A stretch of DNA of 64,000 bases from an uncultured Ruminococcus sp. (lineage in GTDB: Bacteria > Bacillota > Clostridia > Oscillospirales > Acutalibacteraceae). The notes under the pieces are model-generated. The model was not told the origin of the DNA and did not search any database. It was given only the letters and a program-made list of their open reading frames with translations. The translations under genes and the position numbers were made by a program. The DNA is taken from positions 1,516-65,515 of the forward strand of contig CAYLXT010000001.1 of the NCBI GenBank assembly GCA_964387615.1. Direction: 5' to 3'. This document shows positions 1 through 9,748 of the stretch, piece after piece (position 1 is the first letter of the stretch; every line of letters begins with the position of its first letter).

Positions 1-741
1 CAGTGGGATATAATCGAAGATATGCACGAGCCGATTATATCAAAGGAAACCTTTTATAAGGCTCATAACATAAGACTGCAACGCGGCAAAGGACAAAAGA
101 TACCGAGCGGTAGCTGTTATTCGCTGGCAAAAAAGGTTTTTTGCGGTGAGTGCGGTAACACAATGTGGAAGATGAGCTACAAGCTTCGTGACGGACGATA
201 TAATTATTTATGTTGCAGAACTCGAAAATCTTCAAACGGAGTTTGCGACAATGAACACAGTATGCGTCTTGACGAATTAGAGCAAATTGTTCTTGATGAA
301 ATAAATAAGCTCTTGGATGCCTATTACGATGAAAAGGCAATCGGTAAAATCAAAGCACCTAAAAAGGATAACAGAGCCCAAAAGTCTATGATTGCAGAAA
401 TTAAGGAACTTGAGGATAAGGTTAAACGCAATGATGCTCGTATGGCTCAAATGTATACTGATAAGCTGGACGGTGTAATCACGGCGGACGAGTTTACAAT
501 TTACCGTGAAAGGTACAAGCAGGAAACAACTGAATTTCAAAATCGCATAAATATTTTAACTGCACACTTAAATCAATTAAGCGGAAACAAGGACAGGACA
601 GACACAAAATTTTTGCTTGATAAGTATAAGCATATCGAAGTGCTGACTTTTGAGATTGCCAATGAATTCATAAACAAAATTCACATTGGAAAGCTGAAAA
701 AGGATGGTAATCGGGAAATAAAAATCGAATGGAAAATTTAG
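1..741 (+). CDS. large serine recombinase, C-terminal part (gene starts upstream of the window)
   Basis: The frame is open from nt 1 (QWDIIEDMHEPIISKETF...). A Cys-rich zinc-ribbon block (CYSLAKKVFCGECGNTMW...YLCC...GVC) is followed by a long coiled-coil tail. This is the architecture of SpoIVCA/SprA/phage large serine integrases. Confidence 0.8.
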   Translation, partial: QWDIIEDMHEPIISKETFYKAHNIRLQRGKGQKIPSGSCYSLAKKVFCGECGNTMWKMSYKLRDGRYNYLCCRTRKSSNGVCDNEHSMRLDELEQIVLDEINKLLDAYYDEKAIGKIKAPKKDNRAQKSMIAEIKELEDKVKRNDARMAQMYTDKLDGVITADEFTIYRERYKQETTEFQNRINILTAHLNQLSGNKDRTDTKFLLDKYKHIEVLTFEIANEFINKIHIGKLKKDGNREIKIEWKI

Positions 742-800
742 TGAAAATCACCGTCTGAAAAAACGACAAATTATGCAATACTAACAAAAAAGTATAGTAT
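742..800. other. candidate element/chromosome junction (att site) between the recombinase gene and truncated cwlD
   Basis: The recombinase stop is at 739-741. The amidase frame opens at 785, right after a TAA at 782-784. The call is positional only; no second att copy is in the window for comparison. Confidence 0.3.
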
Positions 801-1372
801 TAGCGAATGCCTCACACGGTGGGTTTGATGGTGGTGCCTCGGCTGCTGATGGCACGGTTGAGAAGGATATAAATTTGTTAATAGCGACTAAAACTGCACA
901 GATGTTAAGATTTAATGGTTTTAATGTCATTATGACACGTGACAGCGATACCGGTACTGAAGATGATGAGTCACAGGCAATTGCAAAACGCAAAAAAAGC
1001 GATCTTTCCAATCGTCTACAGCTTATGAAGGATAATCCCGACGCACTTTTTGTAAGTATACATCTTAACAAATTTACAACCTCGGCTGCAAATGGCGCAC
1101 AAGTGTTTTATACTAAAAATTACAAAGAAGCCTACAACTTGGCGCAATCCGTACAAAAAAGCATAATAAGTCTTATTCAGCCACAAAATACCCGCGTGGT
1201 AAAGCAGGGAACTGATAGTACATATCTGCTCAAAAATGCGGCTGTACCTGCAATAATTGTAGAATGTGGATTTTTAAGCAATAAGACAGAACTTGAAAAA
1301 CTAAAAAATGATGATTACCAATCGCAAATGGCTTTTGCAATTGTGGGCGGAATAATGGATTATTTAAAATAA
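785..1372 (+). CDS. cwlD: N-acetylmuramoyl-L-alanine amidase, CwlD-like (Amidase_3), 5'-truncated segment
   Basis: The frame reads QKSIVLANASHGGFDGGASAADGTVEKDINL...IHLNKF...VECGFLSN. It begins at the HGG/DGGA metal-ligand motif with no N-terminal anchor and no SD-linked start. The first ATG (875, the ORF-track start) lies downstream of that motif. Confidence 0.75.
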   Translation, partial: QKSIVLANASHGGFDGGASAADGTVEKDINLLIATKTAQMLRFNGFNVIMTRDSDTGTEDDESQAIAKRKKSDLSNRLQLMKDNPDALFVSIHLNKFTTSAANGAQVFYTKNYKEAYNLAQSVQKSIISLIQPQNTRVVKQGTDSTYLLKNAAVPAIIVECGFLSNKTELEKLKNDDYQSQMAFAIVGGIMDYLK

Positions 1373-1383
1373 AAGGAGTTAAT

Positions 1384-2757
1384 ATGGCAGGGAAAATAAA
1401 GACGGTATTTGTTTGTAGTGAGTGTGGCTATGAAACGCCAAAATGGATGGGACAGTGTCCAAATTGTAATGAATGGAATACCTTGGAGGAAGAGGTTATC
1501 GCCGATAAAAAAGCGGTAGGTTCTATGACGTCTACCGCTGTAAAAAGGGTTGTGTCGGGCGCAAAATCCTTATCGGAAATAAACATTACCGATGAACAAC
1601 GATATATTACTGAGATTGGTGAGCTTGATCGTGTTCTCGGCGGTGGTATCGTTAAAGGTTCGGTCGTGCTGCTAAGCGGTGATCCCGGTATTGGTAAATC
1701 AACCATACTTCTGCAAATATGTCACAGTATGCGTGATAAATTAAATATACTTTATGTATCGGGCGAGGAGTCGGCGGTTCAAATAAAGCTTCGCGCAAAG
1801 CGATTGGGCGTATCAGGGGAGAATGTTACCATTATGACCGAAACCGATACACAGGCGATTTGTGAATACATAATGGCGCAAAAACCTGATCTTGTTATGA
1901 TAGACTCGATTCAAACTCTGCAGATAAGTGAGTTATCATCATCAGCAGGCAGTATTGTACAGGTGCGTGAATCAACTAATATGCTGCTGCGCACGGGCAA
2001 ATCACTTGGTATTCCTATTTTTATTGTAGGTCACGTAAACAAGGGCGGCGATATTGCGGGCCCTAAGGTGCTTGAGCATATAGTTGATACTGTGCTTTAT
2101 TTTGAGGGCGAACGCAATCAGTCCTACCGTATATTGCGTGCTATCAAAAATCGCTTTGGCTCTACCAATGAAATCGGCGTTTTTGAAATGCGTGACACAG
2201 GTCTTTGCGAGGTTGAAAACCCTTCTGCTATGCTGCTTTCGGGTAGAATGAGTAATGTGTCGGGCGCATGTATAACCTGCATTATTGAGGGTACACGACC
2301 GATTCTTTCAGAGGTACAGGCTCTCGTTACAACAACAGGCTTTGGCAACCCACGCCGAATGTCAAACGGTTTTGATTATAACCGCTTAAATCTTTTGCTG
2401 GCAATTCTTGAAAAGCGTCAGGGTCTTTATTTTTCAAATCTTGATACATATTTGAATGTTGTCGGAGGTATGCGACTGGACGAGCCTGCCTGCGACCTTG
2501 CCGTTTGTATGGCGTTGGTATCGGGACTGCGTGACACACCGCTTAATGAAAAGCTAATCGCTTTTGGTGAGATTGGTCTTTCCGGAGAAATACGCAGTAT
2601 ATCACGCGTACAAGCCCGTGTGAGCGAGGCGGCGCGTCTTGGCTTTACACAGTGTGTATTACCACGCAGTTGTATTAAGCAAATCACAAAAATGCCAGAT
2701 GGTATTGAATTGATTGGTGTCAGGAATATTAAAGAAGCATTGGCAATTATAAAATAG
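1384..2757 (+). CDS. radA: DNA repair protein RadA/Sms
   Basis: N-terminal CxxC...CxxC zinc finger, Walker A GDPGIGKST, the KNRFG motif and a Lon-like C-terminal domain. Confidence 0.97.
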   Translation: MAGKIKTVFVCSECGYETPKWMGQCPNCNEWNTLEEEVIADKKAVGSMTSTAVKRVVSGAKSLSEINITDEQRYITEIGELDRVLGGGIVKGSVVLLSGDPGIGKSTILLQICHSMRDKLNILYVSGEESAVQIKLRAKRLGVSGENVTIMTETDTQAICEYIMAQKPDLVMIDSIQTLQISELSSSAGSIVQVRESTNMLLRTGKSLGIPIFIVGHVNKGGDIAGPKVLEHIVDTVLYFEGERNQSYRILRAIKNRFGSTNEIGVFEMRDTGLCEVENPSAMLLSGRMSNVSGACITCIIEGTRPILSEVQALVTTTGFGNPRRMSNGFDYNRLNLLLAILEKRQGLYFSNLDTYLNVVGGMRLDEPACDLAVCMALVSGLRDTPLNEKLIAFGEIGLSGEIRSISRVQARVSEAARLGFTQCVLPRSCIKQITKMPDGIELIGVRNIKEALAIIK

Positions 2758-2760
2758 TAA

Positions 2761-2795
2761 AAACCTGTAAGGCTAATCACCTTACAGGTTTTAAA
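2761..2795. terminator. bidirectional intrinsic terminator between convergent radA and upp
   Basis: AAACCTGTAAGG-loop-CCTTACAGGTTT forms a perfect 12-bp stem flanked by A/T runs. Confidence 0.7.
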
Positions 2796-2807
2796 TTTAT
2801 ATTAAAA

Positions 2808-3440
2808 TTATTTTGTACCGAAAATTCTGTCGCCTGCATCGCCAAGACCGGGGAGAATATACGCGTGGTCGTTGAGGCAGTCGTCAAGCCCTGCGCAATA
2901 CACAGGAACATCGGGGTGAGCTTTCGTAAAGGCTTCAATACCTTCAGGCGCTGCGATTATGCACATAAACTTAATTCTTTTTGGGTTAAACTCTTTAATG
3001 CGGGATACCGCGTCAATGGCGCTACCGCCCGTAGCAAGCATAGGGTCAAGCACAAAAACATCACGCTCGGGAATATCTGCGGGTAGTTTGCAATAGTAAT
3101 CTACCGGCTGATGTGTTTCTGGGTCGCGGTACATACCAATGTGTCCCACTTTAGCAGATGGAATAAGGCTGAGCACACCGTCAACCATACCAAGACCTGC
3201 ACGAAGAATTGGTACAAAAGCCATTTTACGACCTGCAAGCACTTTGGTTTTTGCTGTCATCATAGGTGTTTTGGTTGATACCTCGCGAAGAGGAAGATCA
3301 CGCGTCGACTCATAACACATAAGCATTGCGATTTCACTTACAAGCTCGCGGAACTGCTTGGTACCTGTGCGTTCATCACGCAAAATGGTAAGCTTGTGCT
3401 GAATGAGGGGATGGTCCATTACAAATACATTGTCTTTCAT
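2808..3440 (-). CDS. upp: uracil phosphoribosyltransferase
   Basis: [22 protein letters not shown]..., and the PRPP-binding [14 protein letters not shown] motif. Confidence 0.95.
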   Translation of the reverse strand: MKDNVFVMDHPLIQHKLTILRDERTGTKQFRELVSEIAMLMCYESTRDLPLREVSTKTPMMTAKTKVLAGRKMAFVPILRAGLGMVDGVLSLIPSAKVGHIGMYRDPETHQPVDYYCKLPADIPERDVFVLDPMLATGGSAIDAVSRIKEFNPKRIKFMCIIAAPEGIEAFTKAHPDVPVYCAGLDDCLNDHAYILPGLGDAGDRIFGTK

Positions 3441-3459
3441 TTTTTGTACCTCCGTTATA

Positions 3460-3900
3460 TCAACCGTTTTCTATGGCGGTAATTTTGTCTACTCGGGTTT
3501 GGTGTCTGCCACCTTCAAATTCAGTATTAATAAATAGGTCTGCAAGTTCAATTGCTGTGCCTACGCCAATAACTCTACCACCAAGACAAAGTATGTTTGA
3601 ATCATTGTGCAAACGTGTGTATTTTGCCGAAAAATGTTCACTGCAACAAGCCGCTCTGATGCCCTTAACCTTGTTTGCCGCAAGTGACATACCAATACCT
3701 GTACCGCAAACAAGAATACCGCGATCACAGTTACCGCTTGTGATCTGCTCGCAAACTTTTACGGCAATATCAGGGTAGTCTACCGATTTATTTTCGTAAA
3801 TTCCGCAGTCAACAACCTCAAAACCTCTGCCTTTAAGATGTTCAGCAATAGCATTTTTATGCTCAAAGCCACCGTGATCACAACCAATTACAATTTTCAT
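3460..3900 (-). CDS. rpiB: ribose-5-phosphate isomerase B
   Basis: [15 protein letters not shown]...[17 protein letters not shown] is a typical RpiB/LacAB family sequence. Confidence 0.93.
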   Translation of the reverse strand: MKIVIGCDHGGFEHKNAIAEHLKGRGFEVVDCGIYENKSVDYPDIAVKVCEQITSGNCDRGILVCGTGIGMSLAANKVKGIRAACCSEHFSAKYTRLHNDSNILCLGGRVIGVGTAIELADLFINTEFEGGRHQTRVDKITAIENG

Positions 3901-4607
3901 TTTTTCGCCTCCGTTTTTGCTAAAAGTTCACGCTCTGCCTGGGGCAAGCGAAGATATTTTGGTAATAATTTTTCGGGCATTATAACATTTGTTTTATCCG
4001 AATTTTTATATGCGTAAAGTCCAATACCTACCGCTGATTGGAATTTTAAATGCTCGGGCGCTAATGTTATATTTTTCAGTTCGCACACATTTTTATAAAA
4101 CAAATCAGCGCCATCACCGCAAATAATTATTCTTGCATCATTTGATATATTTAAGATTTCGGCTTTTAATTCATCCGCCATTAAAGCACGGTCTTCACTA
4201 AGCCTTTTAATTTCACCATTCTTTATTTCAAATAAGGCATTATAAAACTGATTACAACGCGCGTCCATAACAGCGCAAACAACACAGTCACGGTCGCAAA
4301 ACTGCTCTGCCATACCGTCAAGCGTTGACACAGGAACACACGGAATATTATTGGGTGCCGCAAGTCCTTTAACAGCGCTTATACCAATTCTTAGCCCTGT
4401 AAAAGAACCAGGTCCTACGGCTACTGCAATTCGGTCAATGTCGTTGAGATTTGTCGCCGAATTATCAAGCGTATTTATTATCATTTGCATAAGTGTTTGC
4501 GAATGAGTTAGTTTAGCGTTTATAAAAGAGCTTGCTTTGATTTTTTCGTCATCAATAATCGCGCACGAAGCAGGCGAAGCCGAACATTCAATACTTAAAA
4601 TTTTCAT
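3897..4607 (-). CDS. tsaB: tRNA t6A37 biosynthesis protein TsaB (YeaZ)
   Basis: MKILSIECSASPASCAI...VGPGSFTGLRIG is the YeaZ family signature. The gene overlaps rpiB and lies downstream of tsaE. Confidence 0.9.
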   Translation of the reverse strand: MKILSIECSASPASCAIIDDEKIKASSFINAKLTHSQTLMQMIINTLDNSATNLNDIDRIAVAVGPGSFTGLRIGISAVKGLAAPNNIPCVPVSTLDGMAEQFCDRDCVVCAVMDARCNQFYNALFEIKNGEIKRLSEDRALMADELKAEILNISNDARIIICGDGADLFYKNVCELKNITLAPEHLKFQSAVGIGLYAYKNSDKTNVIMPEKLLPKYLRLPQAERELLAKTEAKK

Positions 4608-4613
4608 TTAACT

Positions 4614-5033
4614 TCACCTTTCAACAGTTATTTCGCGTCGGGTTTCATCAAGCCGTTTGATAGTTACTTTGATTGTATTTTCCGGTAAGGCGGCTTCTAT
4701 ATTTTCACTCCATTCAACAGCAAGCACGCCTCCCGATTCCATATATTCAAAAAATCCCGTAGAGTATAAATCATCCCAACCACTAACACGGTACATATCA
4801 AAATGATACAGGTTAAGTCTACCGCCTAAATATTCGTTGATAATTGCAAAGGTGGGGGAGGAGACTTCGCCTGAAAAACCAAGTCCGTCAGCAAGTCCTG
4901 TCACAAAGCAGGTTTTTCCCATTCCCAAATCGCCGTAAAATGCAATAACCTCGCCGCCTTGCAAGGTAGCAGCCAACTCTGCGGCAATTTTTTTGGTATC
5001 AATAGGAGAATTTGATACAAAAACACTATTCAT
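4614..5033 (-). CDS. tsaE: tRNA t6A37 biosynthesis ATPase TsaE (YjeE)
   Basis: P-loop GDLGMGKTCFVTGL, SPTFAIINEY and HFDMYR motifs. Confidence 0.92.
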   Translation of the reverse strand: MNSVFVSNSPIDTKKIAAELAATLQGGEVIAFYGDLGMGKTCFVTGLADGLGFSGEVSSPTFAIINEYLGGRLNLYHFDMYRVSGWDDLYSTGFFEYMESGGVLAVEWSENIEAALPENTIKVTIKRLDETRREITVER

Positions 5034-5175
5034 TTAAAATTCTCCTTTCGGCATAATTCTACTAAATTTTATCATATAAAAAACCTACTGTCAATTGAAT
5101 TAATTTAAAATTTGGTGTTTAATATTCAGAAAATTTGTGATATTATATATTGTACGGATTTTGCGAGGTGTTTAT

Positions 5176-6096
5176 ATGACTTGGATTTGGATAGTATTAA
5201 TTATACTTGTTAGTATTATTGTAGCAGCTTTATTCTGGGCGTTTAAAACTGCATTTATGCGCAGTGATGTTCGACTTATAAGCTTTGAATCCGGACCGCT
5301 TGCTAAATATAAGAATGTTTTTAAAGAAAGTCTTGAATTTCTTGATAAGCTTCAAAGTGACAGGGTATATACAACTAGCTTTGACGGACTTCGACTTGCG
5401 GGCAGTTATTATAACAATCATAATTCTGATACTACAATTTTGCTGTTCCACGGTTACCGTTCTGACGGCAGATTTGATTTTGCCTGCGCTGTGAAATATT
5501 ATATTGAAATGGGACTTAATGTTTTGGTGGTTGACCAACGAGCCAACGGCGAAAGCGAGGGTAAGCTCATTACCTTTGGTATAAAAGAGCGCAGAGATGT
5601 TATAACTTGGGCTGAGTTTATAAATGAAAAATACTCGCCTGAAAATATATTTTTAAGCGGTGTTTCAATGGGGGCTACTACCGTTATGATGGCGGCTAAT
5701 CTTGATTTGCCGAAAAATGTTAAGGGAATTATTGCTGATTGCGGTTTTACCGCCGCGCCCGATATAATCAAAAAGGTTGCGCTTCAGGCATTTAAAATCA
5801 ATGCAACACCTGTTTTACCTGTGCTTAATTTAATGTGCCGGATTTTCGGAAAGTTTAGTCTTTACGAAACAACAACCGTAAAAGCGCTAAGCGAATCGGA
5901 CATACCGATTTTCTTTATTCACGGTAAAAAAGACGGCTTTGTTCCGTGCGAAATGACCGAAATTTCACACAAGTCTGCAAGGGCAGAAAAGTATATTTGT
6001 CTGGTAGAAGAAGCCGACCACGGTATTAGTTTTCTGGTTGATACTGACAATATCCAAAGACAGATTGCAGAATTTGTCAGCGCCCATCGTTCATAA
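5176..6096 (+). CDS. alpha/beta hydrolase with N-terminal membrane anchor
   Basis: The ATG at 5176 is preceded by GCGAGGTG. There is a TM segment WIWIVLIILVSIIVAALFWAF, a nucleophile elbow GVSMGA, and late HG/DH motifs. The ORF-track start at 5137 is probably too far upstream. Confidence 0.75.
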   Translation: MTWIWIVLIILVSIIVAALFWAFKTAFMRSDVRLISFESGPLAKYKNVFKESLEFLDKLQSDRVYTTSFDGLRLAGSYYNNHNSDTTILLFHGYRSDGRFDFACAVKYYIEMGLNVLVVDQRANGESEGKLITFGIKERRDVITWAEFINEKYSPENIFLSGVSMGATTVMMAANLDLPKNVKGIIADCGFTAAPDIIKKVALQAFKINATPVLPVLNLMCRIFGKFSLYETTTVKALSESDIPIFFIHGKKDGFVPCEMTEISHKSARAEKYICLVEEADHGISFLVDTDNIQRQIAEFVSAHRS

Positions 6097-6166
6097 TTTA
6101 TTAAAAAACTGTTGTATTTTTGTTCAAAATGTGTTATCATATTTGGGTATGAAAGGTGGTTATAAT

Positions 6167-7012
6167 ATGAGAGCAGATGGTAAACGTGTAAGGAATGCCG
6201 ATCCAATGTATACAGTCGCGGCTTATATTATGGATAAACGCGTTGACTCTATGAATATGATTACAATAGATATTCCCATTGATCCTATTAAAGAATATCT
6301 TAACCAAAAGCGTAAGCAGGGCATAAATATCAGCCATATGTGCGTGGTGCTTGCGGCGTACTTACGCACTATGAGAGAATTTCCTGAGCTTAACCGTTTT
6401 GTCGTTAATAAAAAGATATATCAGCGAAATGAAATTGCTGTTGGTATGGTGGTGCTCAAAGCCGGTCAGGTCGATAACGGTACAATGTCAAAAATGTATT
6501 TTAACGAGAACAATACAATTTTTGAGGTTAATGATATAATAAACAAATATGTTGAAGAAAACCGAGAATCTCCCGACAAAAACAGCACCGAAAAGCTGAT
6601 CAAGGTTCTTTTAAGCCTTCCCGGTATTTTGCCTGTAGGCGTTGGCATATTCAAGTGGCTTGATAGGCATGGTCTTTTGCCAAAAAGTATTATTGATGCA
6701 TCCCCATTCCATATGAGCCTTGGTATTACAAATCTGGCATCAATCAGAACAAATCACATTTATCATCACTGCTATGAATTTGGTACAACAAGTGTCTTTA
6801 TGGCAATGGGCAATACCCGTGAGGTGCCAAAGCGTAAGGGCGATGAAATTGTTTTTGAAAAGTGTATGCCTATTGGTGTTACTATGGACGAAAGAATTGC
6901 ATCGGGTAGCTATTTTGCGCTTGCCTTCAGACGTATGCGTCATTATTTGCGCAATCCGGAATTGCTTGAATTGCCGCCTGAAGAAGCAGCTTGTTACGCA
7001 AATGTTGAATAA
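6167..7012 (+). CDS. 2-oxoacid dehydrogenase E2-type acyltransferase catalytic-domain protein (stand-alone, CAT-like fold)
   Basis: The ATG at 6167 follows GAAAGGTGG. The product MRADGKRVRNADPMYTVAAYIM...MDERIASGSYFA resembles the catalytic DHRxxDG region of E2/CAT-like enzymes. No lipoyl or E3-binding domain is present. Confidence 0.55.
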   Translation: MRADGKRVRNADPMYTVAAYIMDKRVDSMNMITIDIPIDPIKEYLNQKRKQGINISHMCVVLAAYLRTMREFPELNRFVVNKKIYQRNEIAVGMVVLKAGQVDNGTMSKMYFNENNTIFEVNDIINKYVEENRESPDKNSTEKLIKVLLSLPGILPVGVGIFKWLDRHGLLPKSIIDASPFHMSLGITNLASIRTNHIYHHCYEFGTTSVFMAMGNTREVPKRKGDEIVFEKCMPIGVTMDERIASGSYFALAFRRMRHYLRNPELLELPPEEAACYANVE

Positions 7013-7102
7013 GTTGTAAATTTATGTGTTTTACACTTGATTTTGATACATAATTATTATAAAATAGTTTGGTAAAATTTTAACACACGGAGGACATTTA
7101 AT

Positions 7103-7966
7103 ATGTTAGTATCAGCAAAAGAAATGCTTACAAAAGCAAAGGCAGGCAAATATGCCGTAGGTCAGTTTAATATCAACAACCTTGAATGGACCAAGGCTGT
7201 TCTTCTTACCGCGCAGGAGCAGAATTCTCCCGTTATCTTGGGCGTATCTGAAGGCGCAGGTAAATATATGTGTGGCTTTAAAACCGTAGCAGATATGGTT
7301 AAGGCAATGATTGATGAGCTCGGTATCACGGTACCCGTAGCGCTTCATCTTGACCATGGTAGCTATGAAGGCGCTAAAAAGTGCATCGCCGCAGGCTTTT
7401 CATCTGTAATGTTTGATGGCTCACACTATCCGATTGAAGAAAACATAGAAAAAACCAAAGAGCTTGTTGCAACTTGTGATGAACTTGGTCTTTCTTTGGA
7501 AGCCGAGGTTGGCTCTATCGGCGGTGAAGAGGATGGCGTTGTTGGTGCGGGCGAATGCGCAGACCCCAACGAGTGCAAAATGATTGCCGATCTTGGTATT
7601 ACAATGCTTGCTGCGGGTATCGGCAATATTCACGGTAAATATCCTGAAAATTGGGCAGGTCTTAGCTTTGATACTCTTGACGCAATTCAACAGCTTACAG
7701 GCGATATGCCTCTTGTGCTTCACGGCGGTACAGGTATCCCTGCCGATATGATTCAAAAAGCAATTTCTTTGGGTGTTTCAAAGATTAACGTAAATACCGA
7801 ATGTCAATTAGCTTTCGCAGATGCTACACGTAAATATATTGAAGATGGTAAGGACCTTCAGGGTAAGGGATTTGATCCACGTAAGCTTTTGGCTCCCGGC
7901 TTTGAAGCTATTAAGGCTACCGTTAAAGAAAAGATGGAGCTTTTCGGTTCAGTGGGCAAAGCATAA
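7103..7966 (+). CDS. fba: class II fructose-1,6-bisphosphate aldolase
   Basis: GKYAVGQFNINNLEW...LHLDHG...GNIHG...LVLHGGTG are hallmark class II FBA motifs. Confidence 0.96.
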   Translation: MLVSAKEMLTKAKAGKYAVGQFNINNLEWTKAVLLTAQEQNSPVILGVSEGAGKYMCGFKTVADMVKAMIDELGITVPVALHLDHGSYEGAKKCIAAGFSSVMFDGSHYPIEENIEKTKELVATCDELGLSLEAEVGSIGGEEDGVVGAGECADPNECKMIADLGITMLAAGIGNIHGKYPENWAGLSFDTLDAIQQLTGDMPLVLHGGTGIPADMIQKAISLGVSKINVNTECQLAFADATRKYIEDGKDLQGKGFDPRKLLAPGFEAIKATVKEKMELFGSVGKA

Positions 7967-7980
7967 TTATTTAATATTAA

Positions 7981-8012
7981 AACCCCTAAGGTCTGCTTCG
8001 GGGTTTTATGTT
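7981..8012 (+). terminator. intrinsic terminator after fba
   Basis: AACCCCTAAG-GTCTG-CTTCGGGGTT stem followed by a T-rich tract. Confidence 0.65.
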
Positions 8013-8031
8013 TTTTTTAGGAGTTTATGTT

Positions 8032-8709
8032 ATGAGTTATTATATTGAGTGCTTACGCGAATTTAATTATATAACAATATGCCTGCGGCTTATTTTAGCC
8101 ATTATTACGGGTGGAATAATCGGTTATGAGCGTGGCAAGCACGGAAGCGCGGCGGGGCTTAGAACACATATACTTGTTTGTATCGGTTCGGCTATGACGG
8201 CACTTACGGGCTATTACATATACGATATTCTCAATATATCAAGTGATGTGATGCGTCTTTCGGCTCAGGTTGTATCGGGCATTGGTTTTTTGGGCGCGGG
8301 TATGATTATTGTAAAAAACGGCAATGTTGTTACCGGACTTACAACAGCCGCAGGTATGTGGGCGACAGCGGCCATCGGTATAGCGTTGGGCTTTGGCTTT
8401 TACAGCGGAGCAATAATAGCAGCAGTAGCTTGCGTATTTACTGCCGCCTTCTTATCAAGACTTGAACGCAAGCGCAAAAAGACTGCGCACATATATCTTG
8501 AGGTGGATTTATCAAAAGATATAAATAATATAATGGGCATTATATATAATGAAATTGATAATGAAGCTCTGATTGAGTCCGTATCTCCAAAGAGCAATGT
8601 TCCAAACTCAATTGGGTTATATGTGACGGTATCAAATCCAAAAACCGTTCAAAGTGTTAAAGAACAAATAGATAAAATTGACGGAGTGCGATTTTCGCTT
8701 GCCGAATAG
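8032..8709 (+). CDS. MgtC/SapB family membrane protein
   Basis: The ATG at 8032 follows TAGGAG. The product contains GGIIGYERGKHGSAAGLRTHILVCIGSA...GIGFLGAG, the MgtC family signature. Confidence 0.88.
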   Translation: MSYYIECLREFNYITICLRLILAIITGGIIGYERGKHGSAAGLRTHILVCIGSAMTALTGYYIYDILNISSDVMRLSAQVVSGIGFLGAGMIIVKNGNVVTGLTTAAGMWATAAIGIALGFGFYSGAIIAAVACVFTAAFLSRLERKRKKTAHIYLEVDLSKDINNIMGIIYNEIDNEALIESVSPKSNVPNSIGLYVTVSNPKTVQSVKEQIDKIDGVRFSLAE

Positions 8710-8716
8710 TATAACG

Positions 8717-8750
8717 AAAAACACCTTCACGGCTGTGAAGGTGTTTTTTG
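8717..8750. terminator. bidirectional intrinsic terminator
   Basis: ACACCTTCAC-GGCT-GTGAAGGTGT stem with an upstream A-run and a downstream T-run, between convergent genes. Confidence 0.7.
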
Positions 8751-8765
8751 ATGATATTCCAACAA

Positions 8766-9221
8766 CTATTTTGAAACGGGTGTCTGCTGTTTAAGAGCGG
8801 CGCGTGTCTTGCGTATTTCGCCAAGGTTTGCTGTGAGACCTTCGTCTGCGCGACGCATAATGTCATCAACAAAATCCTGAGCTGCGCGGCGCATTTCTTT
8901 AGCTTTGCCCTGGGCGTTAGAAATAATTTCAGCAGCCTTTTCCTGAGCCATCTTAACTATTTCTTCCTGCGCTACCATTGCTTTTGCTTTTTCTTCTGCT
9001 GTGCGGATAATACCGTCAGCCTCACGCTTTGCAGTGGTGATAATGTCAGCGCGGTCAGCAACAATGCCGCGAGCCTGCTTGATTTCGCTTGGTATGTTAA
9101 GACGGATATTGTCAACAACTGCGCGAAGCTTTTCGATGTCTACTACGGTCTTTTTGCCGGGAATTTTAATACCGCTGTCAAGCATCTCATCAAACTGTTC
9201 CAGTAATTCATCAAGTGTCAT
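8766..9221 (-). CDS. coiled-coil protein, ATP synthase subunit b-like (function unknown)
   Basis: Highly charged Ala/Glu/Lys-rich heptad sequence (AEEKAKAMVAQEEIVKMAQEKAAEIISNAQGKAKEM). It sits downstream of coaD. Confidence 0.45.
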   Translation of the reverse strand: MTLDELLEQFDEMLDSGIKIPGKKTVVDIEKLRAVVDNIRLNIPSEIKQARGIVADRADIITTAKREADGIIRTAEEKAKAMVAQEEIVKMAQEKAAEIISNAQGKAKEMRRAAQDFVDDIMRRADEGLTANLGEIRKTRAALKQQTPVSK

Positions 9222-9256
9222 TTTAATTCATCCTCCGTAAGATATTAATTATTAAA

Positions 9257-9748
9257 TTAGTTTTGTGATGATATTCTCTTTAAAACATCATCATGGATAA
9301 CCTCGGGAAGAAAATCACTGACATCTCCGCCCATACCGGCTATCTGTTTTACCATACTTGAACTCAGGTACATATTCTGAGCGCTTGTGGTAAGAAATAG
9401 GGTTTCTACATTTGGGTTAAGCTTTTTATTGGTAAGCGCCATCTGAAATTCATATTCAAAGTCAGACATAGCGCGTAAACCCTTAATAATTGCGCAGGCA
9501 TTTTGTTGTGCAGCATACTCAGCTAATAAGCCGTCGTATACATCAACCTGCACGTTGGGTAAATCGCTTACACACTTTTCAATCATTTCCTTGCGTTCGG
9601 CAGGGGAAAAGGTGTAATGCTTGCTGGTGTTGTTCATAACAACAACTATAAGTTTATCAAACATTGCGGCTGCTCGGGTAATTATATCAAGATGGCCCAT
9701 AGTGATTGGGTCAAAGCTACCGGGGCATACGGCAATTCTTTCACTCAT
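9257..9748 (-). CDS. coaD: phosphopantetheine adenylyltransferase
   Basis: AVCPGSFDPITMGHLDII, the nucleotidyltransferase (H/T)xGH motif. Confidence 0.96.
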   Translation of the reverse strand: MSERIAVCPGSFDPITMGHLDIITRAAAMFDKLIVVVMNNTSKHYTFSPAERKEMIEKCVSDLPNVQVDVYDGLLAEYAAQQNACAIIKGLRAMSDFEYEFQMALTNKKLNPNVETLFLTTSAQNMYLSSSMVKQIAGMGGDVSDFLPEVIHDDVLKRISSQN

